Source: Myxococcota bacterium
Lineage (GTDB): Bacteria > Myxococcota_A > UBA9160 > UBA4427
NCBI GenBank assembly: GCA_965250285.1
Contig: OZ252299.1
Span: 5,095,966-5,159,965, forward strand
Length of the DNA stretch: 64,000 nt
Reading direction: 5' to 3'
This document shows, one piece after another, positions 36,194-45,973 of the stretch. Both the position numbers and the translations under genes were made by a program. Each line of letters begins with the position of its first letter. Position 1 is the first letter of the stretch. The notes beneath the pieces are model-generated. The model ran no database searches, was not told the DNA's origin, and was given only the letters and a program-made list of their open reading frames with translations.

Positions 36194-37126
36194 GTGGCCT
36201 CGCCCACCGTCGTCATCGTGAACCCCGAGAGCAACGGCGGCCGGACGCGCGTGCGCTGGCCCGCGCTCGAGGGTCGGCTGCGCGACGCAGTGGGAAAGGT
36301 CGAGATCGTCGAGACCGACGGGCCTGGCGGCGGTGACCGTGCAGCGCGCGAAGCCGCGCGGGCCGGCGCCGATCGCATCGTGGTCGTCGGGGGGGACGGC
36401 AGCCTTTCGGAAGCCGCGACCGGCGTGCTCGACGAAGGCTTTGGCGACCGCATCGCCCTCGGCTGGCTGCCGATGGGAACGGGCTGCGACTTCGGTCGCA
36501 GTGTCGGCGTGTCGCGGGACCCCGCCCGCGCATTGGCCTCGCTCGCACGTGGAGCGCGACGCCGCGTCGACGTCGGCGCGATCACGTTCGAAGGCGAAGG
36601 CGGTGTCGAGCGCACGCGCCGCTTCCTGAACGTCGCGAGCTTCGGCCTGTCGGGACTGACCGACCTGCACGTCGCGCGGGCGGGCCGTTCACTCGGACCG
36701 ACGGCCGCCTTTCTGATCGGCAGTCTGCGCGCGATTCGCGACTACGCTCCGCCGCTCGTCGGCATCGACATCGACGGCGAGCGCGTGTTCGAAGGCGAGG
36801 TCGCGATGGCCGTCGCGGCGAACGGCCGCTTCTTCGGCAGCGGCATGGAGATCGCCCCGGGCGCCGTCGTCGACGATGGGCTGTTGACCGTGCTCGTCGT
36901 GTCGTGGATGTCGAAGCCACGCCTCGTCGCCAATCTGCCGTCGCTCTACCGCGGCACCCACGTGACCCATCCCAACGTGACGGTGCTGTCGGGCAAGCGG
37001 ATGGAGGCGCATGCGCTGCGCGGTGAGGCCTTGCTCGACGTCGACGGCGAGCCGCTCGGCGCGCTGCCGGCCACGGTCGAACTCGTGCCGTCGGCCCTCG
37101 AGCTCTTCGGCGTCGAACCGGCATGA
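36194..37126 (+). CDS. YegS/BmrU-type diacylglycerol-kinase-family lipid kinase
   Basis: Contains VIVNPESNGG and IVVVGGDGSLSEA (DAGK catalytic GGDG motif). It starts with GTG. Its stop overlaps the next gene's ATG as ATGA. Confidence 0.8.
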   Translation: MASPTVVIVNPESNGGRTRVRWPALEGRLRDAVGKVEIVETDGPGGGDRAAREAARAGADRIVVVGGDGSLSEAATGVLDEGFGDRIALGWLPMGTGCDFGRSVGVSRDPARALASLARGARRRVDVGAITFEGEGGVERTRRFLNVASFGLSGLTDLHVARAGRSLGPTAAFLIGSLRAIRDYAPPLVGIDIDGERVFEGEVAMAVAANGRFFGSGMEIAPGAVVDDGLLTVLVVSWMSKPRLVANLPSLYRGTHVTHPNVTVLSGKRMEAHALRGEALLDVDGEPLGALPATVELVPSALELFGVEPA

Positions 37127-38088
37127 GCCTCTTCGACGACATTCGCGCCGGCGCCGCCGAGGTTGCGCGCCGGGCGCGCTTCGTGCGCATCGACGAGGCC
37201 GGGCTCGACGCGCTGGCCGATGTCCTCGTGGCGGAGAAGGTGCCGCCCCCGAGCCAGGACCCGGCGCATCATCCCTTCGAAGACGACGACGAGAAGGCGA
37301 TCTCGTTCATCGTGACGCTCGACGCGGTGAACTTCGGCTCGGGCTACTTCCCCCACCTCGTGAAGCGCGAAGGCAAGTCGGGCTACTTCACGATCGCCGG
37401 CGGACTCGAAGATCATGTGCGCGCGCACGGTCCGCTCGACGCGGCGGCGCTGCGGCAGGCCACGGTTCAGTCGTGCAGCGCGCTCTTCGCGCAGCCCCTC
37501 GACGACCCGGCCCGCGCCGAGCTGATGGGGCTCTTCGCGAAGGCGTGGAACGAGCTCGGGGCGAGGCTCGATTCACATCACGGCGGCTCGTTCGTCGCGC
37601 TCGTCGCTTCGGCCGAAGGGCGCGCCGAGGCGCTGGTGCGCGAGCTCGCCGAGCTCTCGTGCTACCGCGACGAGTCGGTGTACGACGGCAAGGTACGTGT
37701 CCCCCTCTACAAGCGGGCGCAGATCACGGTGAGCGATCTCAACGAGGCGTTCGGCGGGGCGGGCCCCGGTGCCTTTGCCGACCTCGACGATCTGACGATG
37801 TTCCCCGACAACCTCGTGCCCCACGTGCTGCGGGTGGAGGGCGTGCTCGAGTACGACGCCGATCTGCTCGCGCGAATCGATGCGGGCGAGCTCCTCGAGG
37901 TAGGGACGCCCGAGGAGATCGAGATTCGCGCCGTGGGCCTGCACGCGGTCGAGCGCCTCGTCGCGGCGTGTCGCGCGCGGGGGCTCGAGACGAATGCGCC
38001 TTCGCTCGACCATCGGCTCTGGCATCGTGGTCAGGATCCGCGCATCAAGGCCCATCCGCGGCACCGAGCGCGCTGCACCTTCTACTAG
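37123..38088 (+). CDS. Queuosine-salvage family protein (DUF2419/QNG1-like)
   Basis: Contains LDAVNFGSGYF, LYKRAQITVSDL, FADLDDLTMFPDNLVPHVLR and a C-terminal HRARCTFY, which match the family pattern as I recall it. Confidence 0.75.
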   Translation: MSLFDDIRAGAAEVARRARFVRIDEAGLDALADVLVAEKVPPPSQDPAHHPFEDDDEKAISFIVTLDAVNFGSGYFPHLVKREGKSGYFTIAGGLEDHVRAHGPLDAAALRQATVQSCSALFAQPLDDPARAELMGLFAKAWNELGARLDSHHGGSFVALVASAEGRAEALVRELAELSCYRDESVYDGKVRVPLYKRAQITVSDLNEAFGGAGPGAFADLDDLTMFPDNLVPHVLRVEGVLEYDADLLARIDAGELLEVGTPEEIEIRAVGLHAVERLVAACRARGLETNAPSLDHRLWHRGQDPRIKAHPRHRARCTFY

Positions 38089-38140
38089 GGGGACTCGGGC
38101 TCCTAGGGACCTCGGGTCCTCGTCGTCGCGAGCCGCGCGC

Positions 38141-39451
38141 TCAGAAGAGGCTGCCCGACCGCGCCCCCTTCTTGGAGTCGGGGGCCAGCGCGTCGAGCGC
38201 ATCCTTGATCGCCGCGACCTGGGCCTCATCCAGGCCATAGCGTGCGAGCGCACCCCAGGGCTGCATCTCGATGCCGTGGGGCGTGTCGCCCTCGAGCGCG
38301 ACGATCAGAAAGGCCATGCGATCGCCGATGCGGAGCAGCGCGGGTCGCAGCTCGGTCTCGAGGTCGTAGGGCGGCTTCGCGTCGTCGTCGGCTTCGACCC
38401 GTTGCTGGATCGCCTTGGCCGCTTCGATCTGTGTCCGGTAGAAGGCGCGCACCCTGGTCTCGTCGGGGGGCGCTACGCCCTGGCGCGCCGCTTCGGCCGA
38501 GACGGCACGCCAGGCCGCGTCGAGCACGACCGCTTCGCGCTCGGGCACGGCGATCGGTAGATCGTGCGCGCGCTTGTAGAGCGCGACGTACGGCATCAGC
38601 GCGAGCCGCTCGTCGACGGCGGCGACGATGGCTGCGACGACGCTCGCATAGGCGTCGACCGGGTCGATGCCGAGTTCGTTCTGCTGCAGATCGAGCAGAG
38701 CGCGTCGCCCGCGCGGCGTTTCGAGCCAGGCATCGAGCTCGGCCAACAGCTCGGTCTGGCCGGGTGCGGCGAATACGGCCTTGCGGTCGAGGGTGAGCGG
38801 GCCGAGCTGTAGCCAGTCGGGATGATCATCGCGCCAGACCGGCGACTCGCGCGTGTCGGTCACGACGGCGTCGACCTCGTCGCGCGCGAGCAGGCCGGGC
38901 ACGGCCTCGTTGGGGCTGGTCGGCACGATCTCGGCCTTCGGGAAGCGTTCACGGGCCACGCGTTCGAGATGTCCACCGCGGTTCACGGCGATGCGGCGCT
39001 TCGCCGAGTTCAGATCACCGAGGGTGAGCTTCGGTGAAGAGACGAGCACGACCGCACTCGTCCGCGCGAGCGGCACGCTGAAGGTGCCGACGACGGAGCG
39101 ATCGGGCCGCACGGTGATGCCGCTCGCCGCGAGATCGAAGCGGCCCGCGCGGGCGTCTTCGATCAGCTCCGGCCAGGTGAACCGCACCCATTCGATGCGT
39201 CGTCCGGTCGCGCGCGACCAGCTCCGCAGCAGCTCCGGCGAGAAGCCGCGTGGCTTCTCGGCGTTCTCGGGCCAGATGCTGAACGGGGCGTAGTCGCCGC
39301 TCGTCGCGACGCGCACGGTCTCGCTCGCGGCCGGCTCGGGTGAAGCGTTCGGCCGAGCCCCGCAGGCGAACAGCCAGATCGCGGTGAGCGCGACCAGGCT
39401 GCAGGCCAGGCGGCGCGAGGCGAACCCAGCATGCGTCGGGTGTGTCTTCAT
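38141..39451 (-). CDS. Lipoprotein fusing a PheC-like (family-3 solute-binding/cyclohexadienyl dehydratase) domain to an AroQ chorismate mutase domain
   Basis: Lipobox LFACG. The N-terminal domain has TSGDYAPFS...RFDLAASGITV...FSVPL. The C-terminal ~150 aa has ERLALMPYVALYKRAHDLPIAVPEREAVVLD, typical of AroQ class chorismate mutase. Confidence 0.7.
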   Translation of the reverse strand: MKTHPTHAGFASRRLACSLVALTAIWLFACGARPNASPEPAASETVRVATSGDYAPFSIWPENAEKPRGFSPELLRSWSRATGRRIEWVRFTWPELIEDARAGRFDLAASGITVRPDRSVVGTFSVPLARTSAVVLVSSPKLTLGDLNSAKRRIAVNRGGHLERVARERFPKAEIVPTSPNEAVPGLLARDEVDAVVTDTRESPVWRDDHPDWLQLGPLTLDRKAVFAAPGQTELLAELDAWLETPRGRRALLDLQQNELGIDPVDAYASVVAAIVAAVDERLALMPYVALYKRAHDLPIAVPEREAVVLDAAWRAVSAEAARQGVAPPDETRVRAFYRTQIEAAKAIQQRVEADDDAKPPYDLETELRPALLRIGDRMAFLIVALEGDTPHGIEMQPWGALARYGLDEAQVAAIKDALDALAPDSKKGARSGSLF

Positions 39452-39600
39452 ACGGGGGATCTTAGGCGCTGCGGCTCGGGGTTTCGCCCACCCGCGCCCC
39501 ATCGAAGCCGCATGATTCGCCGGGTCCCACCCGCAATGAAGGCATCGCGATCGTGGCGGAATTCGGTGTGAGATGCCGAATTCGGGCGGTTCGCGGCTGA

Positions 39601-39629
39601 TTGACCCTCTTCGTCAGTTCGCGTAAGAT
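39601..39629 (+). promoter_or_regulatory. Near-consensus sigma-70-type promoter of the cold-shock-domain gene
   Basis: TTGACC (39601-39606), a 17-nt spacer, then TAAGAT (39624-39629). This implies a leader of about 100 nt. Palindromes CGGAATTCGG (39557-39566) and CCGAATTCGG (39576-39585) lie just upstream. Confidence 0.55.
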
Positions 39630-39739
39630 CCCGCGCCATCTGAGGGCCTCCCCCCGATCCCGAAGTACTTCTCGCGCGTCGCCGCGCACCCAAGAACCGG
39701 CGACGTGCTGCGGCCCCCTGCTCTCTCGAGGTGATTTCC

Positions 39740-40222
39740 ATGCAGAACATCGAAGAAATCGAGTCGGGTCTGCTCGTGACGCACAAGGCGACGGGCCTTC
39801 GCTACTCCGTCGTCGAGGCGGAAGACGAAGAGGTGCTGCTCTCGCCCGAGCAGGACGGTCTCCAGGATCTCACGATGCCGCTCGAGCTCTTTCAGCAGGA
39901 GTTCGTGGCGTCGGATCGCTTCCGCGGCACCAATCCGCGCCGCCGCGGACGCGGGGGTCGAGGTCGTCGCGCACAGGCAGCCCCCGCCGCACCGACCGGA
40001 CCCAAGTGCAAAGGCAAGATCAAGAAGATGGTGCGCGATCGTGGCTTCGGGTTCATTCGCGGCGACGACGGCAAGGAAGTCTTCTTTCACCGATCGGGCC
40101 TGAACGCGGCCGAGTACGACGGTCTGAACGAGGGTGATCCGGTCGAGTACGTCGTTCAGGAAGGCCCGCGCGGCGCGCGCGCCGAGAACGTAAAGTTCGC
40201 CCAGAGCACGCCCGCCAGCTGA
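39740..40222 (+). CDS. Cold-shock-domain protein with an acidic N-terminal domain and an Arg/Gly-rich linker
   Basis: The C-terminal CSD reads GKIKKMVRDRGFGFIRGDDGKEVFFHRSGL...EGDPVEYVVQEGPRGARAENV (RNP1-like GFGFI, RNP2-like VFFH). The start is set at ATG 39740 behind GAGGTG; the track uses GTG 39731. Confidence 0.8.
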   Translation: MQNIEEIESGLLVTHKATGLRYSVVEAEDEEVLLSPEQDGLQDLTMPLELFQQEFVASDRFRGTNPRRRGRGGRGRRAQAAPAAPTGPKCKGKIKKMVRDRGFGFIRGDDGKEVFFHRSGLNAAEYDGLNEGDPVEYVVQEGPRGARAENVKFAQSTPAS

Positions 40223-40309
40223 TCCGCCTCCTCCTACGCCTCCGCCCCCGAAGCTGAAGCGAGACACGCCGCCGCGCGCACAGCGCCCGTGCGTCGCAGC
40301 ACCTCGACT

Positions 40310-41956
40310 TCAGGCGAAGCGGTGCACGATCGGCAGGCGGCGACCGCTCCCGAATGCCTTGGGCGTCGTGCGCAGCACGAGCGGTGTCTGTCGACGCTTG
40401 TACTCGTTGCGATCGAGTCGGCGCGCGATCGCCTGGGCTTCTTCGAGCGTGCATCCTGGCGGCGGTTCGATCGTCTCGACGTTGCGCTCGCCCTCGATCA
40501 TCTGCTCGAGTACGTCGTCGAGCACGTCGTAGTCGGGTAGCTCGTTCGAGTCGAGCTGACCCGGGGCGAGCTCGGCCGAGGGCGGCTTCTCGATCGTGTT
40601 CCACGGGATGCGCTCGCCGTCGCGATTCATGTGGCGGGCAAGCGCGTAGACGTCGTGCTTGTACACGTCGCCGAGCACTGCGAGCCCACCGACCGTGTCG
40701 CCGTAGAGCGTGCAGTACCCCACCGACAGCTCGCTCTTGTTGCCGGTCGCGAGCACGAGCCGGTTCTGTTCGTTCGAGATCGCCATCAGCACCGCGCCTC
40801 GAATGCGCGACTGGATGTTCTGCTGCGTCAACCCGTAGTCGTTGCGCTCACCGAAGAGCTGGCCGAACACGCGGCGGTAGTCGTCGTACATCGGCGTGAT
40901 GTCGACCTGGTGAAACTCGATACCGAGCTTCTCGGCGAGTCGCCGGGCATCCTCGATGCTGTGATCGGACGAGTACGGGCTCGGCAGCGCGACGCCCGAG
41001 ACGCGCTCGGCGCCGAGCGCCTCGACCGCGAGCACGGCCGTGACCGCCGAGTCGATGCCGCCTGACAGGCCGATGACGGCGCCCGGCGGCAGGTTCTGCT
41101 TGAGGAAGTAGTCGCGGATGCCGAGCACGAGCCCCGCTTCGATCTCCCCCGCGCGCGTCGGGATCGGCGGCGTCACCTCGGGCGCTTCGCCGTCGCCCGG
41201 CAGCGGCACGTCGACGACCTGCACGCCGCTCTCGAAGAGCGGCATCGCCGCGATGAGTCGACCCGTGGCGTCGACGACGAACGAGCCCCCGTCGAACACG
41301 AGCTCGTCGTTGCCACCGACCTGGTTCACGAAGACGATCGGCGCCCCGTGCTCGCGCGCGAGCTCGGCGAGCATCTCGCGTCGCGCGTCTCCCTTGCCGA
41401 CGTGCCACGGTGACGCCGAAGGGTTGACGATCAGCTTCGCACCCGCCGCGACCTGCTCGGCCACCGGGTTGACGTCGTACTGGATGCGCGAGACCCAGCT
41501 GTCTTCGCAGACCGCCACGCCGATCGGCGCCGCGAAGCCGGGCACCTGCGCGACGTCGCGTTTCTGAGCGCGGGCGAAGTAGCGCCGCTCGTCGAAGACG
41601 TCGTACGTCGGCAACAGGCTCTTCGCCTGGACGGCGACGCGCTCACCGCGCGCAAGCACCACGACCGCGTTGACGAGCTCGTTCGGCCCGGGTGAATCGG
41701 CGCGGAGCACGCAGCCGACGGCGATGGCGATCTCGGGCACGGCGGCGGCCAGGGCGTCGAGCTGGGCGAGCTGCTCGTCGACGAAGCCGGTTCGGCCGAG
41801 CAGATCCATCGGCGGATAGCCGGTCAGCACCATCTCGGGGCAGACCATGAGCTCGGCTCCCGCCCCGATCGCGGCGGCCGCCGCCTCTTCGACGAGACGA
41901 CGGTTGCCCTCGAGGTCGCCCACGGTCGGGTTCAGCTGTGCAAGCGCGATTCTCAT
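40310..41956 (-). CDS. nadE: Glutamine-dependent NAD+ synthetase
   Basis: N-terminal CN-hydrolase domain (MRIALAQLNP...CEDSW) plus a C-terminal NAD synthetase domain with the GLSGGIDSAV P-loop. Confidence 0.95.
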   Translation of the reverse strand: MRIALAQLNPTVGDLEGNRRLVEEAAAAAIGAGAELMVCPEMVLTGYPPMDLLGRTGFVDEQLAQLDALAAAVPEIAIAVGCVLRADSPGPNELVNAVVVLARGERVAVQAKSLLPTYDVFDERRYFARAQKRDVAQVPGFAAPIGVAVCEDSWVSRIQYDVNPVAEQVAAGAKLIVNPSASPWHVGKGDARREMLAELAREHGAPIVFVNQVGGNDELVFDGGSFVVDATGRLIAAMPLFESGVQVVDVPLPGDGEAPEVTPPIPTRAGEIEAGLVLGIRDYFLKQNLPPGAVIGLSGGIDSAVTAVLAVEALGAERVSGVALPSPYSSDHSIEDARRLAEKLGIEFHQVDITPMYDDYRRVFGQLFGERNDYGLTQQNIQSRIRGAVLMAISNEQNRLVLATGNKSELSVGYCTLYGDTVGGLAVLGDVYKHDVYALARHMNRDGERIPWNTIEKPPSAELAPGQLDSNELPDYDVLDDVLEQMIEGERNVETIEPPPGCTLEEAQAIARRLDRNEYKRRQTPLVLRTTPKAFGSGRRLPIVHRFA

Positions 41957-42108
41957 CGTTTGGGGCTCTCGTTTCGGGGCTCTCTTTCGAGGGCTCTCGG
42001 TGCGGGCGCGCTGGGCTCGACTGCGATCATCGGGCGCAGTCGGTGGTTGGGCGGAGGATACCGCGAAGCACCGGATCGCGACGAGGTCCGGTCGCTAGAC
42101 TGATCGCC

Positions 42109-43005
42109 ATGAGTGAACCCGAGCACGCCGAGATCATCGGACCGGCCTCCAGCTACTTCGTCTCGCAGCGCTTGAAGCTGCACTACGTCGACTGGGGCAA
42201 CGAGCACAAACCGCCTCTGATCCTCTTGCATGGCGGCAAGGACCATGCGCGCAGCTGGGACTTCGTCGCCCACGCCCTGCGCGACGACTACCACGTGATC
42301 GCGCCCGATCTGCGCGGCCACGGCGACAGCGCGTGGGCCTACGGTGGGCACTACACGATCGCCGAGTTCGTTCTCGATCTGGCGCAGCTGATCGAGACGC
42401 TCTCGCTCTCGCCGGTGACGATCGTCGCACACAGCCTGGGCGGCGCGGTCGCGCTCCACTACGCCGGCATCTACCCGGGGAACGTCGAGAAGCTGGTCGC
42501 GATCGAGGGCCTCGGTCCGCCGCCCCAGATGCTCGACAAGCTCATCGAAGAGCCGATGTGGGATCGAACGCGCGAGTGGATCGAATCGGTGCGCGCGCTC
42601 TCGTCGCGCATGCCTCGCCGCTACGACAGCATCGAGGCGGCGGCCGATCGCATGCTCGACGAGAACTCGTTCCTCTCGACCGAGATGGCGCGTCACCTCA
42701 CGGTGCATGGCGTCGCGCGCAACGAAGACGGCACGTTCAGCTGGAAGTTCGACAACTACTCGCGGCCCTTCTACCCCCAGCGCTATGACCGAGACGGCAT
42801 GGGCAAGCACTGGGCGCGCATCTCGGCGCCGACTCTGCTGGTGCGTGGGACCGAGAGCTGGGCCAGCGATCCATCCAAGGACGGCCGAGCCGACGCCTTC
42901 CAGAACGCGCGCGTCGCCAACGTCGAGGGCGCCGGGCACTGGGTGCACCATGATCGGCTCGACGCTTTTCTCGACGTCGTGCGGCGCTTCCTGAAGGAGG
43001 GTTGA
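42109..43005 (+). CDS. Alpha/beta-fold hydrolase
   Basis: Contains LILLHGGKDHARSWDFVAHAL, DLRGHGDS, AHSLGG and GAGHWVHHD. The start is at MSEPEHAE (ATG 42109). Confidence 0.85.
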   Translation: MSEPEHAEIIGPASSYFVSQRLKLHYVDWGNEHKPPLILLHGGKDHARSWDFVAHALRDDYHVIAPDLRGHGDSAWAYGGHYTIAEFVLDLAQLIETLSLSPVTIVAHSLGGAVALHYAGIYPGNVEKLVAIEGLGPPPQMLDKLIEEPMWDRTREWIESVRALSSRMPRRYDSIEAAADRMLDENSFLSTEMARHLTVHGVARNEDGTFSWKFDNYSRPFYPQRYDRDGMGKHWARISAPTLLVRGTESWASDPSKDGRADAFQNARVANVEGAGHWVHHDRLDAFLDVVRRFLKEG

Positions 43006-43019
43006 TCAGCTCGCCGAAC

Positions 43020-43682
43020 TCACGGGTAGACCTTTCGTGCAGGCGACTGACCGACCACTTCGTCCTCTGGCACCCGATGCTCTTCGAGTCCGTAGGTCTT
43101 GGTCCAGGTGTGCCACGACGGTCCCCCGGCAACCATCACGAGGAAGACGACGCCCGAGGCGGCGAGGGCAACGAACGAGAGCAGCAAGACGGTGTCGCCG
43201 AGCGCAGCGACGGGGTGGATCGCGCCCACACCTCGCCGACGCGGCGGCGGCATCTCGACCTGAGTCGAGCGCCGTCCGTCCAGCCGAAACACGAGGACCG
43301 GGTCCTGTTTCGTGTGGACCGACTCGACGTTCAGCAGAACCTCGCAACGGGGCAGAACGTCGACCGGGGCATGGCGCACCCCCGCCTCGCCCGCGATGCC
43401 GGCCCAGTGCCACGCGTCGGCCGTGAGCGGCGTCAGGCCATGCTCACCGTCGAGCCAGAACGACAGGGTCGAACATTCGGGTCGAAGAGCGCGATAGGAC
43501 GCGCTGCCTTCGCGCCGTTGATCGCCGCTGACGACCACCCAGCGCAGCGAGCGATCGCCGCCGAGGCGCAGCCCAATGGCCGACACACGATCGCGTCCGC
43601 TCCATCGATCGCGCGTCCGGTTCGTGAGGCAGCCCGACGCGACCACGCCCACGAGCACCAGGCTGAGCATGCGAAACCACAT
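43020..43682 (-). CDS. Hypothetical lipoprotein with a C-terminal TM helix
   Basis: Lipobox LVGVVASGC after MWFRMLS. Hydrophobic segment VLLLSFVALAASGVVFLVMV near the C-terminus. No known domain recognised. Confidence 0.5.
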   Translation of the reverse strand: MWFRMLSLVLVGVVASGCLTNRTRDRWSGRDRVSAIGLRLGGDRSLRWVVVSGDQRREGSASYRALRPECSTLSFWLDGEHGLTPLTADAWHWAGIAGEAGVRHAPVDVLPRCEVLLNVESVHTKQDPVLVFRLDGRRSTQVEMPPPRRRGVGAIHPVAALGDTVLLLSFVALAASGVVFLVMVAGGPSWHTWTKTYGLEEHRVPEDEVVGQSPARKVYP

Positions 43683-43797
43683 GCGGCCCCCGCCCCGTCG
43701 ACCCACGTGTCGACCGAGCGCCCAGACCCCGCGCGTTCGGCATTGGTTCCGCCGAACTTCGGCTTCGGCTCTGATCCAGTTCTGATCCGGTTCGGGT

Positions 43798-44268
43798 CTA
43801 GTCCCTGAAGTACACGTACACGAGGTCACCCTGGAGCGCGGGCTTCGTCTCGCCCTCGATCTCGACGTTCACGCCGATGGTCACGTGCGCCATCTCGCCT
43901 CGCATGACTTTCGCCTTCTTCAACGTTGCGGTGAGCCGCACGCGGCTGCCCGCGCGCACGGGCGCCTTGAGCTTCAGCTTCTCGACGCCGCTGTTGATGA
44001 CGCGCGTGACGCCATCGACGACGACGAGCTGCGAGAGCAGGCCGGGCACCAACGAGAGCGTGAGGTAGCCATGGGCGATCGTGCCGCCGAAGGGCGACTC
44101 CTTCTCGGCGCGCTCGGGATCGACGTGAATCCACTGGTGGTCGCCGGTTGCGTCGGCGAAGGCGTCGATCATCGACTGCGGCACCTCGACCCAGTCGGTC
44201 GCGCCGAGGTCTTCGTTCTCGAGGTCGGCCAATGCGTCGATGGACGCGACGATGCGCGGCTCGCTCAC
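43798..44268 (-). CDS. MaoC-like (R-specific enoyl-CoA hydratase fold) dehydratase
   Basis: Contains [20 protein letters not shown] and [13 protein letters not shown], the hot-dog hydratase motif. The GTG start overlaps the upstream stop (GTGA). Confidence 0.85.
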   Translation of the reverse strand: MSEPRIVASIDALADLENEDLGATDWVEVPQSMIDAFADATGDHQWIHVDPERAEKESPFGGTIAHGYLTLSLVPGLLSQLVVVDGVTRVINSGVEKLKLKAPVRAGSRVRLTATLKKAKVMRGEMAHVTIGVNVEIEGETKPALQGDLVYVYFRD

Positions 44269-44570
44269 GCGGTCGCCACCGCTTCGGCGAATGCGCTCAT
44301 GCGCGTGGCCAGCTCGAAGTCGAGCGCGCTGAGTCCACCGGCGTCGTGAGTCGTGAGGTCGACGCGCACGGTCGCATAGACGTTGAACCACTCGGGGTGG
44401 TGATCGAGCTGCTCGGCGACGAGCGCGGCGCGCGTCATGAACGCGAACGCTTCATTGAAGTCGCCGAACGAGAACGTGCGGTGAAGCTTGCCGTCCTCGA
44501 TCGACCAACCGGGCAGCTGGGCCAGGCGACGGTCGACCTCGGTGGCATCGAGCTTCTGCGGGCGGGCCAT
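44265..44570 (-). CDS. phhB: 4a-hydroxytetrahydrobiopterin (pterin-4a-carbinolamine) dehydratase
   Basis: 101 aa. [57 protein letters not shown] is the classic PCD sequence. Confidence 0.9.
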   Translation of the reverse strand: MARPQKLDATEVDRRLAQLPGWSIEDGKLHRTFSFGDFNEAFAFMTRAALVAEQLDHHPEWFNVYATVRVDLTTHDAGGLSALDFELATRMSAFAEAVATA

Positions 44571-44578
44571 GACGGGGC

Positions 44579-45973
44579 TCAGGATTCGTCGCGACGGATC
44601 GCGCGCTCGAACGCGTCGAACAGCGCGCTGCGAATCTGCGCCTTGTCCGCGCGTCCGTAGATCTCGCGGAACGCCTTGAGCGGGATGATGCCCTTCGCCA
44701 TCGATCGATGCCCGCCGCCAACCCCGAGACCCTCGACCACGGCGCGCACCACCTCGCCCGCAGCACGGACGTAGCCGACGTTGCGCACCGAGAAGACGAG
44801 GTTCGGTCCCACGGTGCCGACGGCAACGGCCCACTCGGCTCCTTCGGCCTGCAGCGCCATGTCGGCGACCTGCGGGATCACGTCTTCGCGCACGCGACCG
44901 AGCACGAGCATGTGGATGCCGTCGCGTACCTCGGCCTTGGCGAGCGCGCGGCCCAGCGCTCGCAAGCCATCGAGCGGCAGCGCCGGCCGCTCGATGCGGC
45001 GCAGCAGCGCCGGACTGTGCGCTGCGTGGAGATAGGCGAAGGAGAGCATGTCGCGGCGGCCGGTCTCGCGACCGAGGTACTGCGTGTCGCTCTTGATGCC
45101 GTAGAGCAGGGCCGTCGCCAGGCGCGGCCCGAGCTCGGCCCCGACCGCCTGCAGGTACTCGGTAAAGATGGTTGCGGTCGCCCCGTACGATGTTCGGATG
45201 TCCTTGATCGTCGACTCGTAGCCCGTGCGCTCGGGATGATGGTCGATCACCGCGTCGATCTGCTTCACGCGCTCGGGTGCGTTCTCGCCGAAGACGTTCG
45301 GTTGCACGTCGACGAGCACGAGCCCGTCCATTTCTTCGAGCTCTTCCGGCGTGATGACGCGAATCTCGATGCCGAGTGCGTCGGCCAGGGCCCGGTTCTC
45401 GGGTCGCTGCACCTCGCCGAACGAGATGAGCGGCGCGGTCGTACGCTTTCGGCCGAGCAGCGATCGCAGCGCATAGCCGCTCGCGATGCCGTCGGGATCG
45501 GGGTCGGGCTGGAGCAGGATCCCCACCTTCTCTCGCGCGTCGAGCAGGCGTCGCAGCTCGACGACGCGACGCAGATTCGCGAGATGGTCGAACTGGTCGT
45601 CGATGTCGTCGCGGATCAGCGTCTTCAGGCCGCAGAGGCGCAGACGCGAGTGATCGGGGAGGTCGTCGTCGGAGGTGCCGTCCGAGAGGACGAGCACCGA
45701 GGCGTCGGGGCTCGCCTTCGCGAGCTCGCGCACGGCCGAGCGCAGCCACGGGCCGTCGTCGCTCGCGAGCGCCACGTCGTCACCCGGCTGGATCTCGAGC
45801 TTCGCGAAGGCGTCCTCGGTGAGTCCGCCCTGGAGCATCTTGAAGCCGGGGGGCCGCGCGCGGCCATCTTCTTCACGCGGGACCCAGGTCAGGATCTCGC
45901 TCTCGTCGGCGCCGATCCGGGCCCAGAGCCGGGCGTTGTCCGCCCCGTCGCAGACGATGATCCGCCGTCCCAC
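44579..45973 (-). CDS. DHH/DHHA1-family phosphoesterase (NrnA-like) with an extra N-terminal domain
   Basis: Contains [14 protein letters not shown] (DHH motif) and the GGGH DHHA1 motif ([12 protein letters not shown]). The N-terminal ~150 aa are unassigned. Confidence 0.8.
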   Translation of the reverse strand: MGRRIIVCDGADNARLWARIGADESEILTWVPREEDGRARPPGFKMLQGGLTEDAFAKLEIQPGDDVALASDDGPWLRSAVRELAKASPDASVLVLSDGTSDDDLPDHSRLRLCGLKTLIRDDIDDQFDHLANLRRVVELRRLLDAREKVGILLQPDPDPDGIASGYALRSLLGRKRTTAPLISFGEVQRPENRALADALGIEIRVITPEELEEMDGLVLVDVQPNVFGENAPERVKQIDAVIDHHPERTGYESTIKDIRTSYGATATIFTEYLQAVGAELGPRLATALLYGIKSDTQYLGRETGRRDMLSFAYLHAAHSPALLRRIERPALPLDGLRALGRALAKAEVRDGIHMLVLGRVREDVIPQVADMALQAEGAEWAVAVGTVGPNLVFSVRNVGYVRAAGEVVRAVVEGLGVGGGHRSMAKGIIPLKAFREIYGRADKAQIRSALFDAFERAIRRDES

